The notes under the pieces: generated by a model
The model's database searches: none
What the model was told of the DNA's origin: nothing
What the model saw: only the letters and a program-made list of their open reading frames with translations
Made by a program: the position numbers and the translations under genes
NCBI GenBank assembly: GCA_026416845.1
Contig: JAOAEL010000003.1
Location: 5,447 to 69,446 of the forward strand
Length of the DNA: 64,000 bases
From: Patescibacteria group bacterium
GTDB lineage: Bacteria; Patescibacteriota; Microgenomatia; UBA8517
Direction: 5' to 3'
Shown: one piece after another, positions 61,465-64,000 of the stretch
Position numbering within the stretch: position 1 is the stretch's first letter
Layout of the letters: every line of letters begins with the position of its first letter

Positions 61465-61827
61465 ATGCATACTGAAAAAAACTTGATCTCGGAAACCAAA
61501 TCCTTGCCTTTAATCAAACTTGTTTTTCTGGCTTTAATTATAAATATTGCAACAATAATTCTAATTGTCCTCGTAAAAGAAAACATGCCACCTGAGATTC
61601 CTCTTTTTTACGGCAAAACAGAAGGTTCAGAACAACTTGCTCCGTTAAACTACATTTATATTCCTCCTGTTATGTCTATTTTAATACTATTTATTAATGT
61701 CGGATGTTCTATCTTTGTAAAAGATAAATTTATAAAAAATTCACTGTCTGTGGTGTCTTTTATTTGTAGTTTATTCACAACTATTGCGGTAATCAAAATA
61801 ATAAACCTTGTCGGATCAATATTGTGA
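61465..61827 (+). CDS. Small membrane protein (DUF1648-like)
   Basis: MPPEIPLFYG loop between TM segments. Confidence 0.65.
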   Translation: MHTEKNLISETKSLPLIKLVFLALIINIATIILIVLVKENMPPEIPLFYGKTEGSEQLAPLNYIYIPPVMSILILFINVGCSIFVKDKFIKNSLSVVSFICSLFTTIAVIKIINLVGSIL

Positions 61828-61830
61828 AAA

Positions 61831-62904
61831 ATGTTTGAGAATATACCGAATTTAAACAACGTGGCGATTGCGGCGATTACCGCTTTAACAATTAGTTTGC
61901 TTTCAACTCCATTTGTAATATTTTTATCTGAAAAATTTGGTCTGATAGACGATCCCGCTACAAATAAACATCCAAAAGTAATCCATACTTATCCGGTACC
62001 TCGCGCTGGGGGACTAGCAATATACTTAGGAGTTCTTTTTGCGTCCTTGCTTTTTCTACCACTAGACAAACATTTGCTTGCAATATTGCTTGGGGCAAGC
62101 ATTATCACAATATTAGGACTGTTGGATGACAAATATAATATAAATCCGTACATTAGAATGGTCGCTTTACTTGTAATAAGCTTTATCCCTGTTGCTTCAG
62201 GAATAGGAATTTCTTATTTCACAAATCCTTTAGGTGGAACAATAGATCTTTCCAACTATCAAATCAGTTTTAATCTATTTGGAAATAGTCATAACATTTG
62301 GATAATCGCCGACATTTTCGCAATTTGCTGGATATTTTTTTTGATGAATATAATTAACATGGGTGCAAAAGGCGTAGACGGGCAACTCCCCGGTGTTTCC
62401 ACAATTGCAGCAATATTCATCGCAGTTTTATCATTTAGATACTCCGCTGATATAACACAATGGCCTGTAATAGTACTCGCTTCCATCACTGCTGGCGCTT
62501 TCTTAGGTTTTTTACCTTGGAACTTTTATCCGCAAAAAATTATGCCAGGCTATTCTGGATCAACACTTGCAGGATACTTGCTTTCAGTACTTTCAATTTT
62601 GTCAACCACAAAAGTTGGAACTCTTTTTGTTCTGCTTAGCATACCAATCATCGATACATTATACACAATAATAAGAAGAATAATTTCAGGTAAATCCCCC
62701 GTATGGGGAGACAAAGGACACCTGCACCACAGACTCCTCGAATCCGGACTTTCCAAAAGAATGGTAGCAATTTTTTATTGGTTAGGCGCTTTTGTACTTG
62801 GAATCTTTGCAATTTCGTTGAATGCTCAATTTAAGTTATATACTATATTTATAGTTGCAATATTTGTGGGATTTTTACTGCTTACACTTAAAAAATCAAA
62901 ATGA
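61831..62904 (+). CDS. wecA: Polyprenyl-phosphate GlcNAc-1-phosphate transferase (WecA/TagO family)
   Basis: PRAGG, GLLDD, GVDGQ, FLPWNFYP and HLHHRL motifs. Confidence 0.85.
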   Translation: MFENIPNLNNVAIAAITALTISLLSTPFVIFLSEKFGLIDDPATNKHPKVIHTYPVPRAGGLAIYLGVLFASLLFLPLDKHLLAILLGASIITILGLLDDKYNINPYIRMVALLVISFIPVASGIGISYFTNPLGGTIDLSNYQISFNLFGNSHNIWIIADIFAICWIFFLMNIINMGAKGVDGQLPGVSTIAAIFIAVLSFRYSADITQWPVIVLASITAGAFLGFLPWNFYPQKIMPGYSGSTLAGYLLSVLSILSTTKVGTLFVLLSIPIIDTLYTIIRRIISGKSPVWGDKGHLHHRLLESGLSKRMVAIFYWLGAFVLGIFAISLNAQFKLYTIFIVAIFVGFLLLTLKKSK

Positions 62905-63836
62905 GCATAAAAATAATTTTTTACCTCATAAAAGCCTTTCGACCAGTACATTGGATCAAAAATCTTTCTATTTTTGCAGCACTTTTGTTTTCTCCTCATC
63001 TACTTTCAATTAAAAGCTTTGAGCTCTTAGTCAATGCTTTTTTTGCTTTTTGTTTGGCAACTTCAGCAACCTATATTTTCAACGATATCATCGACGCTCC
63101 ATATGATCATGCGCATCCAATCAAAAAACATAGACCTATCGCATCAGGAAAAATTTCAATACGTCTTGCCGCTATGACCGCTTTAATATTGATAGGAATT
63201 TCAACTTTTATCGCTTCATTCATAAATAATCCCATTTTTTCAATTTTACTTTATATTTATCTTTCCTTGCAATTTTTGTACACAATTTGGCTAAAGAACA
63301 TTTCTGTAATAGATATTTTGACAATAGCATCAGGATTTGTATTAAGAGTTTACGCGGGAGCTTTTGTAATTGACGCTCACTTGTCTGTTTGGTTCATGTT
63401 GTGTGTTATTTCAGTAGCCCTTTTTTTAGCGTCAGGAAAAAGAAGAGCAGAAATTGGAATTATTCAAAAAGCAAACGTCACACGCAAAAGTCTATCAAAT
63501 TACTCAAAACCCTTACTCAATTCATATGTGACTATGTTTGGAAACGCCGCGTGGATGAGTTGGGCTCTTTATACATTTTACGAATCACCTCAAGTAACAA
63601 ACGACATCTGGGTACTGTTGTCAGAAATATCAAGAACAACAACAATAAGCAAACTTTTAATGATAACAATTCCAGTGGCTATCTTTGGGATCATGAGATA
63701 TCAAAGTTTAATATTTCAAAACAAAACCGAAGCTCCTGAAAAACTTTTGCTTACGGATAAAAGCTTAGTAATCTCAAGTTTATTGTGGGTTGGACTTGTA
63801 ATAATAATTTTATACGCTGGTATTGCGGAACATTAA
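62901..63836 (+). CDS. UbiA-family polyprenyl-phosphate phosphoribosyltransferase (DPPR synthase-like)
   Basis: RPVHWIKN, YIFNDIID..D..HPIKKHRPIASG, LRVYAG and KRRAE motifs. Confidence 0.88.
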   Translation: MSIKIIFYLIKAFRPVHWIKNLSIFAALLFSPHLLSIKSFELLVNAFFAFCLATSATYIFNDIIDAPYDHAHPIKKHRPIASGKISIRLAAMTALILIGISTFIASFINNPIFSILLYIYLSLQFLYTIWLKNISVIDILTIASGFVLRVYAGAFVIDAHLSVWFMLCVISVALFLASGKRRAEIGIIQKANVTRKSLSNYSKPLLNSYVTMFGNAAWMSWALYTFYESPQVTNDIWVLLSEISRTTTISKLLMITIPVAIFGIMRYQSLIFQNKTEAPEKLLLTDKSLVISSLLWVGLVIIILYAGIAEH

Positions 63837-64000
63837 AACAATTTATTTACAACCATACTCAATAAGAATTATTGTTTTTAAGTGCTTTTTTTAATTAAAA
63901 AATCAATACAAATAACAATTTTGCGTAATTTAATTTTTTAAAATTATAAACAAAGCAAATCAAATATGAAATGTGAAGACATCTAATAACTATTATTCCT

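Overview
AT-rich bacterial chromosomal window, genetic code 11. The gene set and compact intergenic spacing strongly suggest a Patescibacteria/CPR genome of the Microgenomates type (inference). From left to right it holds: glycosyltransferases, a NUDIX pair, tRNA-Arg(CCG), bcp and an FMN reductase; a decayed restriction-modification island (XRE regulator, probable REase, Dcm-like C5 MTase) at the 3' end of tRNA-Ser(GCT); an orphan RRE plus lasso-cyclase/AsnB-like gene pair at the 3' end of a rare tRNA-Ile(UAU); a VirB4/HerA-like ATPase; an nrdR-nrdJ-pduO B12-dependent RNR operon with tandem NrdR boxes and a structured RNA between nrdJ and pduO; PBP1; a roughly 19 kb minus-strand pentose-phosphate/glycolysis cluster that includes a LOG nucleosidase; a cobalamin riboswitch upstream of an uncharacterised, frameshifted Zn-ribbon protein; secreted glycosidase-like proteins (PT linker, dockerin); metG; and a GT-C/WecA/UbiA cell-envelope cluster. 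The best candidates for new biology are the B12-riboswitch-controlled unknown protein, the nrdJ-pduO intergenic RNA and the incomplete lasso-like RiPP module. All calls come from reading motifs by eye; no database searches were run.
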